From IMG/VR virus record IMGVR_UViG_3300017991_000001, positions 124,001 to 188,000 of that record: a DNA stretch of 64,000 bases. One strand, written 5' to 3'. The position numbers and the translations under genes were made by a program. The notes beneath the pieces were generated by a model, which saw only the letters and a program-made list of their open reading frames with translations, did no database searches and was not told where the DNA came from. Shown piece by piece: positions 7,572 to 16,415 of the stretch (position 1 is the stretch's first letter; the number at the start of each line of letters is the position of its first letter).

Positions 7572-10500
7572 ATGCCTGAAGCCCTTCTCAATGACACGCT
7601 GAGCGCGCCGGTCAAACCAAAACCGGCCGTCACGCATCGCACGTTCGACGACGTGGACACCATGCGCGGCTCCATCTTCGACGGGGTGCTCGACGCCGTG
7701 GCCAAGAAGTACCCGGTCGAGAACACCCGCTATCGCATGGAAGTGGCTGATCTGGGCTACGGCAAGGACAAGCCTTACTCCCTGGAAGACCAGAAAAAAG
7801 CGATCATGACGGGCCAGACGATGACCCGTCAGCTGTCCGGCACCTGGCGCCTGGTCGATAAGGAGTCGGGCAAGGTCGTCGATTCAAAGAAGGCCGTGAT
7901 CGCACACGTGCCCTATGTCACGCCTCGGGGCACCTTCATCTACCGCGGCAACGAGTACACCATCTCCAACCAGATGCGCCTCAAGCCCGGGGTCTACTCC
8001 CGCGTCAAGGACAACGGCATGATCGAGGCCCACTTCAACGTGGCGCCCGGCACCGGCCCGTCCTTCCGCATGTACATGGAGCCGGACACCGGCATCTTCC
8101 GCCTGGCCGTGGGCCAGTCGACGCTGAAGATGTACCCGATCCTGAAGGCCATGGGCGTGCCCGACCGCGAGATCGAGCAGATCTGGGGAAAGGAGCTCCT
8201 GCAGAAGAACACCGAGGCGGCCGACCCGCGCGCCGTCTCCCGCGCCTTCGCCAAGCTGGTGGCGACCCGCGCGGACCAGCCGGGCATCGACGCCGACCGG
8301 GAAGGGCTGGCCAAAGTCGCCCAGTTCACCCAGGTGGACAACGACCTGGTCGTGGGGCCTTCGCGGGTCCACGGCAACGGCTTGTACACGCAGCAGCCCG
8401 TCCCGGCCGGCACGCGCGTCACGCCGGCCTACATCCGCATCGGCATGACCGGCGACACCGAGGCCGACTTCGTGCGTTCCGGGCCGGCGCTGTGGGTCAA
8501 TCACCAGCCCGACGACATGGCCAACACGGTCACGGCCGTAGCACCCGACGGGCGCATGGCCAACCTGATCGCCACCCGCGACATCGAGCCGTGGGAGGAG
8601 ATCACCTGCGACTACGCCAAGAACCACGACACGCTGACGGACTGGGTCAAGCAGCTGTACGACATGGACGAGATGGAGGCCGAGAGGTCGATCTCCAAGA
8701 TCGCCATGTCGAAGACGGCGGCCAAGATCCCGACCGTGGCCGTGGACCTGGACGGCACGCTGGCCGAGATGTACGAGTCCTTCGATCCCAAGAAGATCCC
8801 CGACCCCCGCCCCGGCGCGCGCAAGGCCATGAAGAAGTTCCAGGACAAGGGCTACCGGGTCCTGATCCACACCGTGCGGGGCGACGACCAGCTGACCAAG
8901 GACTGGTTGCACAAGCACGACATCCCCTACGACTACGTCAACGAGAACCCGGACCAGCCCGACACTGCATCCGACAAGCTGATCGCCGACGCCTACGTGG
9001 ACGACCGCGGCGTGCAGGGTGCGCAGGCCTGGCACAAGATCGAGCAACAGGTCTCCGCCAAGCTGGAGAAGGAAGCCAAGATCGGTTTCAAGGACCAGGA
9101 GATGCGGTGGACGAAGTTGTGGTTCCACGGCACCGTGCGGGCCCAGCGCCAGGGCAACGACGGCAAACCGTGGGTCTATGTCCAGGTCCACAAGGGGCTT
9201 ATGGACGCTGCTCGGGACAGCCTCGCCAATGAAGGCGTGGACATCGAGAAGAACCCCAACGACCCGCACATCACGCTTCTGCGCTCCAGCGAAGCCCAGG
9301 AGCTGATCGACCGGCACGGCGAGGAGCAGTGGAAGGGCGCGGCCAAGGACGGCAAGTCCATACGCTTCGCGCTCAGGCGCATGATGTCCCTGATCCCGGA
9401 CGGGTGGGACGGCGTGGACCGGGTCTGGTTCATCGAGGTGGAGAGCCCGGACTTGAAGAAGTACCGGCGCGATCTGGGTTTTCCCGAGCTGCCCATCGGC
9501 GACAACGGCAACGAGCACCGCTTCCACATCACCTTTGCCATCCACCGCTCCAAGAACGAGCCCAAGCGCGCGGCGTACCTGCTTTCCGGTGCCGGCATCG
9601 GAATCGTGGAGCGCGCCTTTGAGAAGGCCGCCGGGGCCACCGACCAGGGCATCGAGCTCAACCAGGTCTTCGACCGCATGGAGCTGGACCCTGACGTGAC
9701 CAAGTCCACGGTCGGTGAGGGCTTCAAGAACGCCGGCATCCCGACGCTGCTCAGGGTCAGCCAGAAGCTCCTGAACATTTCAAAGGGGATGGAGGACACC
9801 GACGACCGGGACTCGCTGGCCTACCAGAAGCTGTACGGTCCCGAGGACTTCTTCACCGAGCGCGTGAACCGCGACGCCGGCCAGACCGGCCGGAAGCTGT
9901 TGTGGCGCGCCACGCTGCGGGGCAACCTGAAACACGTGCCTACGGGGGCGCTTTCCGGGCAAATGTTCGGCGTGCTGCTGAGAAGCGGCATGGGGATGAG
10001 TCTCGAAGAGACCAACCCCATGGACATCATGGACCAGAACCTCCGCGTGATCCGCCTGGGCGAGGGCGGCATTCCGTCGCTGGACTCGGTGCCGGAGGAG
10101 AGCCGAAACGTCCAGCCCAGCCACTTCGCCTACCTGGACCCGATCAGAAGCCCGGAGAGCGAGAAGATCGGCGTGGACTCGCGCGTGTCCCATCGCGTGA
10201 TGAAGGGTTCCGACGGGCAGTTCCACGCGCCCATGTTCAACCCGAAGACAGGCAAGGAGGAGATGGTCTCCGCGGCAAAGGCGGCCGAGTCGGTGGTGGC
10301 CTTTCCGGGCGAGCTGAACAAGAAGCGCGGCAAGGTCAGGGCCATGGTCAAGTCCAGGCAGGTCCAGTACGTGGACCGCAAGGACGTGGACTACGAGGTC
10401 GAAGACCCCAACCAGATGTTCACGCTCAGCTCCAACCTGGTTCCCCTGGTGTCGGGCATCAAGGGCGGGCGCCTGCTGATGGGCGCCAAGTACTTCACCC

Positions 10501-13500
10501 AGGCGCTGCCCCTGCGCGAGCGGGAGGCCCCGCTGGTCCGCAACCTGGAGAGGAGCGGCAAGTCCTTTGACGAGCTGTACGGGGACCGGGTGGGTGCCAT
10601 ACGCGCGCAGGCTCCGGGTGTGGTGACCTCGATGAACAAGAACGGCATCAAGGTCAAGTACGCCGACGGGACCACCAAGGAGCATGAGCTGTATCGCAAC
10701 TTCCCCTTCAACCGGAAGAGCCTGACCGGGGATTGCGAGGTGCTGATCAAGCGTAACGGCGAACTCCTTGTTACGCGACTGGACGCCTACGAATTCGAGC
10801 AGGGGGACCTGACGCTGTCGATCGACCCTGAAACGAAGTTGTCCGCATGGATGGAGGTAACTGGCTATACGCGTCACGAGTGTGACAAGCGCCTGTACCG
10901 GGTCAAAACGGATTCAGGCAGAGCCTTCACAATAACTGAGGATCACAGCTTGATGGTGATGGGCCCTGAAGGCGATCTCGTCCCCGCTTACCCAAGCGCT
11001 TGCGTCGTTGGGCACACGCGCATACCCGTGGCGCTGCCTCGTTTTGAAGGGTGTCGCGGATTTTTCGGCGAGGACAAGCTGGGAACGTTGACCGGCCTGT
11101 ACCTGGCGGAAGGACATATTCCTCAGAACCAGCCCAATCTCATCATCATAGCGGTTGCGCCGGAAGAGCGGGCAGACGAGGTAATGCGGCTGTTTCGCGA
11201 ACTTGGCTGCAAACCTTTCAGGAACGGCGGTTCCGTGTGCGCTACCGATGCTGATTTGAGCAAGTTTCTCATAAAGAACTGCGGACACCTTTCGCACGGC
11301 AAGTTTATCGGCCGACAGCTGATGAATGCCAACATGTCGTTCAAACAGGCTCTGTTACAAGGCTATTTGGCCGGCGACGGCAACTTGTGGGCGGACAGAA
11401 ACGGCACTGTTCAGCTCACGGCAGTGACCGTATCCAAACGTCTTCGCGACGATCTGGTCGTTCTCGCGGGCACTTTGGGAGTCTTCACGACGCTTTTCGA
11501 CGTACCCCGTGACAACGAGGCATGGCGTGACGGCTACGGGCTGCGCTTCCCGAACAAGGAATTGAAGCGGACGCGGTGGATGTTCTACGAGGACCGTCAA
11601 CGCCTGCTCGACGCGTTGGTTAGGGAGAACACGCGCGCGTCCAAGTTTGACGTGGTTCCGGTGCCACGGGAAGCGCGTAAAGCCTTGTATGGCGAGTTGG
11701 AAACTGTGCCGCATTTCGTCTACAAAACGGTTAACAAGGGCTACGTGGCGAAACACAGAGTGCGTACGGGGTCTGGTGTTTTTGGAAAGTGGGGCGCCTC
11801 CGACGTGTCCTGGGACCGGATCAAGTCGATTACGGAGGTGCCCAGCGAGGAATATGTTTATGACCTGTCCGTGGCGGCATCCGAGGCTTTTGCGGTAAAC
11901 GGCGGCGTCGTTGTCCACAACACGTTCATCCACAACACCCCGACCGTTAAGATCGGGGACCGGGTCCGCAAGGGGCAGTTGCTGGCCACCAGCAACTACA
12001 CGGACGACCAGGGCGCGCTGGCGCTGGGCACCAACCTGCGCACCGCCTACGTGCCCTACAAGGGCCTCAACTTCGAGGACGCCATTGTCATCTCCGAGTC
12101 GGCGGCCAAGCGGCTCTCCAGCGAGCACATGTACCAGCACACGCTCGACAAGGAGGACGACACGGTCACGGGGCGCAAGCAGTTCGTCTCGATCTACCCG
12201 ACGACCTTCAACCGCAAGCAGCTAGGCGCGCTGGACGAGCGCGGCGTGGCCAAGGTGGGCACCACCATCAAGTACGGCGACCCCGTGGTGCTGTCCATGC
12301 GCAAGAACCAACCCTCGGCCGTGCATCGGGGCCGCAAGCCCATGTACACCGACACCTCCATCACCTGGGATCACGAGTCCCCGGGCATGGTGACCGGCGT
12401 GGACGAGACGGACGACGGCGGCTTCAACGTGACGGTGAAGGCCTACATGCCGGCACAGGAGGGGGACAAGCTGGCCGGCCGCTACGGCGACAAGGGCGTG
12501 ATCTCCAAGGTCGTGCCCGACGACCAGATGATGCACGACCGGGACGGCAAGCCCTACGAGATCCTGCTCAACCCGTTGGGCATCATCACGCGCGGCAACC
12601 CCTCCCAGGTGTACGAGACGCTGCTGGGCAAGGTGGCCCGCAAGCGGGGCAAGCCCATTAGTGTGCCGGGCTTCATGGACGAGAGCATGGTGGACTACGT
12701 GCGGAAGGAGCTCAGCCGGGAGCGGATGAAGTCGCATGAGGACCTCTACGACCCGACCACCAACCGCAAGGTGCCGGACATCCTGACCGGGGACCGCTTC
12801 ATCTTCAAGCTGCACCACACCGCCGAGTCCAAGGGCAAGGGCCGCGACGTGGGCGCCTACACCTCCGAGGGCATCCCGGCCAAGGGCGGCGAGTTGGGCT
12901 CAAAGCGGGTCAGCAACATGGAGCAGAACGCCCTGCTGTCCCATGGCGCGACCGGCGTGCTGCGCGACGCCCAGGTGGTCAGGGGCCAGCGCAACGACGA
13001 CTTCTGGCGGGCCTTCAGGATGGGCTACACGCCCCCCTCGCCGAGCGTGCCCATGGTCTACGACAAGTTCCTCAACCACCTGCGCGGCGCCGGCATCAAC
13101 GTCAAGAAGAACGGCGACCGGACGCAGCTGCTGGCCATGACCGACAAGGACGTGGACGAGATGACCAGCGGGGAGATCACCGAGGCCAAGACGGTGGACT
13201 CCGACACGCTCAAGGAGATCGACGGTGGGCTGTTCGATCGCGGGCTCACCGGAGGGCACGGGGGCAGCCGCTGGAGCCATATAAAACTGGCCGAACCCAT
13301 GCCCAATCCCGTGATGGAAGAGCCCATTCGTCGCATGTTGGGCCTGACCAAGGTCAAGTTCGAGGAGGTCCTGCAGGGCAAGGAGGACATCGGCGGCGAG
13401 ACGGGCACCAAGGCCATCGGGGCGGCGCTGAAGCGCATCAACCTGGACGAGGCCATCGACAACGCCAAGCTGATCATCAAGGACGGCGCGAAGTCCAAGC

Positions 13501-14504
13501 GGGACAACGCGGTCAAGACGCTGGGCTACTACGAGACGCTCAAGAAGGCCGGGATGAAGCCCAGCGACCTGATGCTCTCCAAGGTGCCGGTGCTGCCGCC
13601 GTCCATGCGCCCGATCACCCAGTACCGGTCCATGCAGCTCTCGGCCGACCCGAACTTCCTGTACCGGGACCTGATCAACGCCAACACGGACCTCAAGGAG
13701 ATCTCGTCCGAGCTGGGCCGCAGGCACGGCGGCAGGGCGCGGTTGCGCACCTACCACGCCTTCAAGGCCGTGACCGGCCTGGGCGACCCCGTGCAGGCCA
13801 AGACCCAGGAGAAGCGGGTCAAGGGTCTCCTGGCCCACGTCTTCGGCTCCAGCCCGAAGTTCGGGATGTTCCAGCGCCGGGTGCTGGGCAGCCCCGTGGA
13901 CGTGGTGGGCCGGGCGGCGATCACGCCCAACCCGAGCCTGAGCATGGACCAGGTGGGCATCCCCGAGGACAAGGTCTGGACGATCTACCGGCCCTTCGTG
14001 GTCCGGCGCCTGATCCGCCGCGGCATGCCGGCGATGGACGCGGCCAAGGCTGCGGCCAACCGCACGGAGGTGGCGGCCAACGCGCTGCAGGAGGAGATTT
14101 CCACGCGGCCCGTTCTGATCAACCGCGCGCCCACGCTGCACCGCTACGGGTTCATGGCGGCCTGGCCGGTGCTGACCAAGGGCAAGACCCTGCAGGTCTC
14201 CCCGACCACGGTGGGCGGCTTCAACGCGGACTTCGACGGCGACGCGATGAACTACCACGTGCCGGTGACCGACGAGGCCGTCGCTGACGCGGTGGACAAG
14301 ATGCTGCCCAGCAAGAACCTGAAGTCCGCGAGGTTCTTCAAGACCCATTACGTGCCCGTCAACGAGTTCCTGATGGGCCTGTACCTGGCCAGTACGGCCA
14401 AGAGCGACAAGCCGTTACGGGTGTTCCGGGACAAGAAGGACGTGCTGGCTGCCTACCAGCGCGGGGACATCGGCCTGGGAGACCGTGTTTCCATAAGGAG
14501 CTGA
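7572..14504 (+). CDS. Phage multi-subunit RNA polymerase: beta fused to the N-terminal half of beta', with SET/HAD/2H insertion and an intein
   Basis: beta motifs GTFIYRGNEYTISNQMRLKPGVYS, GLNFEDAIVISE, GDKLAGRYGDKG, LNPLGIITRGN; beta' motifs PVLPPSMRP, NRAPTLHR and catalytic FNADFDGDAM; ATG 7572 follows the previous stop. Confidence 0.95.
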   Translation: MPEALLNDTLSAPVKPKPAVTHRTFDDVDTMRGSIFDGVLDAVAKKYPVENTRYRMEVADLGYGKDKPYSLEDQKKAIMTGQTMTRQLSGTWRLVDKESGKVVDSKKAVIAHVPYVTPRGTFIYRGNEYTISNQMRLKPGVYSRVKDNGMIEAHFNVAPGTGPSFRMYMEPDTGIFRLAVGQSTLKMYPILKAMGVPDREIEQIWGKELLQKNTEAADPRAVSRAFAKLVATRADQPGIDADREGLAKVAQFTQVDNDLVVGPSRVHGNGLYTQQPVPAGTRVTPAYIRIGMTGDTEADFVRSGPALWVNHQPDDMANTVTAVAPDGRMANLIATRDIEPWEEITCDYAKNHDTLTDWVKQLYDMDEMEAERSISKIAMSKTAAKIPTVAVDLDGTLAEMYESFDPKKIPDPRPGARKAMKKFQDKGYRVLIHTVRGDDQLTKDWLHKHDIPYDYVNENPDQPDTASDKLIADAYVDDRGVQGAQAWHKIEQQVSAKLEKEAKIGFKDQEMRWTKLWFHGTVRAQRQGNDGKPWVYVQVHKGLMDAARDSLANEGVDIEKNPNDPHITLLRSSEAQELIDRHGEEQWKGAAKDGKSIRFALRRMMSLIPDGWDGVDRVWFIEVESPDLKKYRRDLGFPELPIGDNGNEHRFHITFAIHRSKNEPKRAAYLLSGAGIGIVERAFEKAAGATDQGIELNQVFDRMELDPDVTKSTVGEGFKNAGIPTLLRVSQKLLNISKGMEDTDDRDSLAYQKLYGPEDFFTERVNRDAGQTGRKLLWRATLRGNLKHVPTGALSGQMFGVLLRSGMGMSLEETNPMDIMDQNLRVIRLGEGGIPSLDSVPEESRNVQPSHFAYLDPIRSPESEKIGVDSRVSHRVMKGSDGQFHAPMFNPKTGKEEMVSAAKAAESVVAFPGELNKKRGKVRAMVKSRQVQYVDRKDVDYEVEDPNQMFTLSSNLVPLVSGIKGGRLLMGAKYFTQALPLREREAPLVRNLERSGKSFDELYGDRVGAIRAQAPGVVTSMNKNGIKVKYADGTTKEHELYRNFPFNRKSLTGDCEVLIKRNGELLVTRLDAYEFEQGDLTLSIDPETKLSAWMEVTGYTRHECDKRLYRVKTDSGRAFTITEDHSLMVMGPEGDLVPAYPSACVVGHTRIPVALPRFEGCRGFFGEDKLGTLTGLYLAEGHIPQNQPNLIIIAVAPEERADEVMRLFRELGCKPFRNGGSVCATDADLSKFLIKNCGHLSHGKFIGRQLMNANMSFKQALLQGYLAGDGNLWADRNGTVQLTAVTVSKRLRDDLVVLAGTLGVFTTLFDVPRDNEAWRDGYGLRFPNKELKRTRWMFYEDRQRLLDALVRENTRASKFDVVPVPREARKALYGELETVPHFVYKTVNKGYVAKHRVRTGSGVFGKWGASDVSWDRIKSITEVPSEEYVYDLSVAASEAFAVNGGVVVHNTFIHNTPTVKIGDRVRKGQLLATSNYTDDQGALALGTNLRTAYVPYKGLNFEDAIVISESAAKRLSSEHMYQHTLDKEDDTVTGRKQFVSIYPTTFNRKQLGALDERGVAKVGTTIKYGDPVVLSMRKNQPSAVHRGRKPMYTDTSITWDHESPGMVTGVDETDDGGFNVTVKAYMPAQEGDKLAGRYGDKGVISKVVPDDQMMHDRDGKPYEILLNPLGIITRGNPSQVYETLLGKVARKRGKPISVPGFMDESMVDYVRKELSRERMKSHEDLYDPTTNRKVPDILTGDRFIFKLHHTAESKGKGRDVGAYTSEGIPAKGGELGSKRVSNMEQNALLSHGATGVLRDAQVVRGQRNDDFWRAFRMGYTPPSPSVPMVYDKFLNHLRGAGINVKKNGDRTQLLAMTDKDVDEMTSGEITEAKTVDSDTLKEIDGGLFDRGLTGGHGGSRWSHIKLAEPMPNPVMEEPIRRMLGLTKVKFEEVLQGKEDIGGETGTKAIGAALKRINLDEAIDNAKLIIKDGAKSKRDNAVKTLGYYETLKKAGMKPSDLMLSKVPVLPPSMRPITQYRSMQLSADPNFLYRDLINANTDLKEISSELGRRHGGRARLRTYHAFKAVTGLGDPVQAKTQEKRVKGLLAHVFGSSPKFGMFQRRVLGSPVDVVGRAAITPNPSLSMDQVGIPEDKVWTIYRPFVVRRLIRRGMPAMDAAKAAANRTEVAANALQEEISTRPVLINRAPTLHRYGFMAAWPVLTKGKTLQVSPTTVGGFNADFDGDAMNYHVPVTDEAVADAVDKMLPSKNLKSARFFKTHYVPVNEFLMGLYLASTAKSDKPLRVFRDKKDVLAAYQRGDIGLGDRVSIRS
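8346..8615 (+). other. SET domain inserted in RNAP beta
   Basis: PSRVHGNGLYT (GxG), WVNHQPDDMAN (NH motif), IATRDIEPWEEITCDY (EExxxDY). Confidence 0.85.
8727..9053 (+). other. HAD-superfamily phosphatase domain inserted in RNAP beta
   Basis: Motif I VAVDLDGTL, motif II IHTVR, YVNENP, motifs III/IV KLIADAYVDDR. Confidence 0.85.
9078..9551 (+). other. 2H phosphoesterase domain inserted in RNAP beta
   Basis: Two HxT motifs, PHITLL (9267) and FHITFA (9525), with intervening VWFIEVESPDLKKYRRDLG. Confidence 0.8.
10719..11921 (+). mobile_element. Intein (401 aa) with LAGLIDADG homing endonuclease in RNAP beta
   Basis: Starts SLTGDCEVLI, ends YVYDLSVAASEAFAVNGGVVVHN before Thr; LGTLTGLYLAEGH and LLQGYLAGDGN motifs; shifted codon usage; removal restores FPFNRK-TFIHNTPTVKIGDRVRKGQLLA. 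Confidence 0.93.
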
Positions 14505-14529
14505 CAAACAACGTATCGGACCCTATAAT
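14501..14529 (+). promoter_or_regulatory. Sigma70-like promoter
   Basis: CTGACA-N17-TATAAT overlapping the RNAP stop codon, 30 nt before ORF 14560. Confidence 0.65.
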
Positions 14530-14559
14530 CCGCTGCGTTGATGCACAGGGAGAACTATC

Positions 14560-15186
14560 ATGTCCGCGTCCAAAGGTGTTGCCAAGAAGGTGCTGCCCAA
14601 GCCGAAAGGCAAGGAGGGGAAGATTCTCGTGACCACGCCCAAGCCCGACAAGGTTTCCGTACAGGCGGTCAAGACGTCCGCGCTGCGCCGAGCAGAGATC
14701 CTCAGCCTGATCACCAAGGAAGGTTTCGGCTTTGCCACGAAGGAGGGTAGCGCTGCCAAGGGGCTCGTGAACGCTGCCGGCAAGCTGCGCTCCGGGGCTC
14801 GAAAGGGCCTCAAGTCTTACGGCAAACTGGTCGGTAGCAAGACGAAGCCCGGAATTGCTACAGACAAGGAACGGAAGTTGTTCAACAAGGCCAAGAAGAA
14901 GGGCGTCAAGAGCAAGAAAGGCGCCAAGGCTCTCGATAAGTTCAAGCGCGAGGCTTCCAAGAAGACCGTGAAGCACTTGAACCGTTCGCAGAAATTCTTC
15001 GGAAAGCTGAAGGACGACAAAGGCAATCGCATTAAACTCAGCTCCGCTCAGCTGTTGGGCCACTTCCTGAAAAGGGCGCTGACCAAGCAGGGTTCGGAGC
15101 AGATCATCAAGCAGGCTTCGGACCGCGAACGGGCGGCCCGTGTGCTTTCAGCCGTCCACAAGGCGGCACGCAGCTATGGACGCTAA
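14560..15186 (+). CDS. Very Lys-rich basic protein, possibly DNA-binding/internal head protein
   Basis: RBS GGGAG; dense Lys content; IIKQA motif. Confidence 0.65.
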   Translation: MSASKGVAKKVLPKPKGKEGKILVTTPKPDKVSVQAVKTSALRRAEILSLITKEGFGFATKEGSAAKGLVNAAGKLRSGARKGLKSYGKLVGSKTKPGIATDKERKLFNKAKKKGVKSKKGAKALDKFKREASKKTVKHLNRSQKFFGKLKDDKGNRIKLSSAQLLGHFLKRALTKQGSEQIIKQASDRERAARVLSAVHKAARSYGR

Positions 15187-15388
15187 GGCGTACCTCATCA
15201 AGCAGGCGCTGGGGATGAGTGGCCTCCAGATGCAGATGGAGATGCCCTTTTCACCACCCCGGCCCGTGGCGCACATGGACACGCTGGAGGACCGCCGTAC
15301 CCGGGAAAAGATGCTGGCGGACCTGCCGCCATCCAGACGTGAGGGGATCTTAAGGGCCATACAGGCCAGAATGAGGGCCAGACGATGA
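15176..15388 (+). CDS. Small protein with AYLIKQA leader
   Basis: Begins MDAKAYLIKQALG; overlaps both neighbours. Confidence 0.6.
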   Translation: MDAKAYLIKQALGMSGLQMQMEMPFSPPRPVAHMDTLEDRRTREKMLADLPPSRREGILRAIQARMRARR

Positions 15389-16167
15389 ACAGACTCAACC
15401 CGCAACTGATCAAGCTGGCACGCGGCGCGATCCGCAAGGCGGAGAAGACGGCTGCCAAGAAGGAAGCCTTCGTGCCCATGTCACCCGCCGGTGCGGCTCC
15501 CGCACCTCCGGGTGCGCCCATGCCGCCTCCACCGGCAGGCGCGCCAGCGGCCCCCATGCCGCCCGATCCCATGATGGCCGGCGCCATGCCGGCTGACCCC
15601 ATGGCTGCAGGTGGGGCACCGCCGGCTGAAGGCGCGCCCATGGACCCGGCGGCTGCCGGTGCCGGCGGCGAGACCATGACGGTTGCGCTGCCCGACCTGA
15701 TCCAACTCTTCACCATGATCGCCCAGCAGGGCGGCGCAGGCGGAGCGCCCGCTCCCGCGCCCGCCGAAGGCGGCGGTGGCGAAGGCGGCGCCGAGCCCGA
15801 GAAGAAGCCCAGCGCGGCGGCGGGCAAGGACGCCAAGATCGACATGATCCTGTCCAAGCTGGACCAGCTGATCGGGGCGCTGGGCATGGCCGACATGATG
15901 GCGCCCGCCGAGGGCGGGGCAGCCATGCCTCCCGCAGAGACGGGGATGGAAGGCGAAAACGCCCTGGCTCCCGCCGAAGGCGGCATGGCTCCCGAAGCAC
16001 CCATCCCGGCGATCGATGCCGGCGGCGCGGCACCGCCCCCGCCCACGGGTGGCATGATGGTGGCTGCCGCGGAGGGCGAGAAGAAGGCATCCGGCAACGG
16101 CAACGTATCCAGGGCGAAGATGCTCAGCCGCATTTGCAGCAACCTGAGGAGTGGCCAGCGACGCTGA
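15385..16167 (+). CDS. Pro/Ala/Met-rich low-complexity putative head protein
   Basis: MNRLNPQLIKLAR, EKTAAKKEA, EKKAS motifs. Confidence 0.65.
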   Translation: MNRLNPQLIKLARGAIRKAEKTAAKKEAFVPMSPAGAAPAPPGAPMPPPPAGAPAAPMPPDPMMAGAMPADPMAAGGAPPAEGAPMDPAAAGAGGETMTVALPDLIQLFTMIAQQGGAGGAPAPAPAEGGGGEGGAEPEKKPSAAAGKDAKIDMILSKLDQLIGALGMADMMAPAEGGAAMPPAETGMEGENALAPAEGGMAPEAPIPAIDAGGAAPPPPTGGMMVAAAEGEKKASGNGNVSRAKMLSRICSNLRSGQRR

Positions 16168-16415
16168 TGAACGTGCGTGTGCAGGGCGAGGGCTTCGAGC
16201 CCGTGCAGGTTTTGGACAATGTCCAGTCCGTGGTCATTCTGGACGACCACGGGCAGCCGGTCATCGCCGTGCAGCGCACGAAGGAGAATCAGATCCTTTC
16301 CATCAAAGCCGGGGACCCCCATTTCGACAAGACCTTGGAGGCGATGGGCATCGGGCTGAACGCCCGGGTGGTCAGTGGGCATTTTCCGAAAGGGGTACCA
16401 AGTGATCCGTCCTGA
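16167..16415 (+). CDS. Small hypothetical protein
   Basis: TGATG coupling to the upstream gene; MNVRVQGEGFEP... Confidence 0.55.
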   Translation: MNVRVQGEGFEPVQVLDNVQSVVILDDHGQPVIAVQRTKENQILSIKAGDPHFDKTLEAMGIGLNARVVSGHFPKGVPSDPS

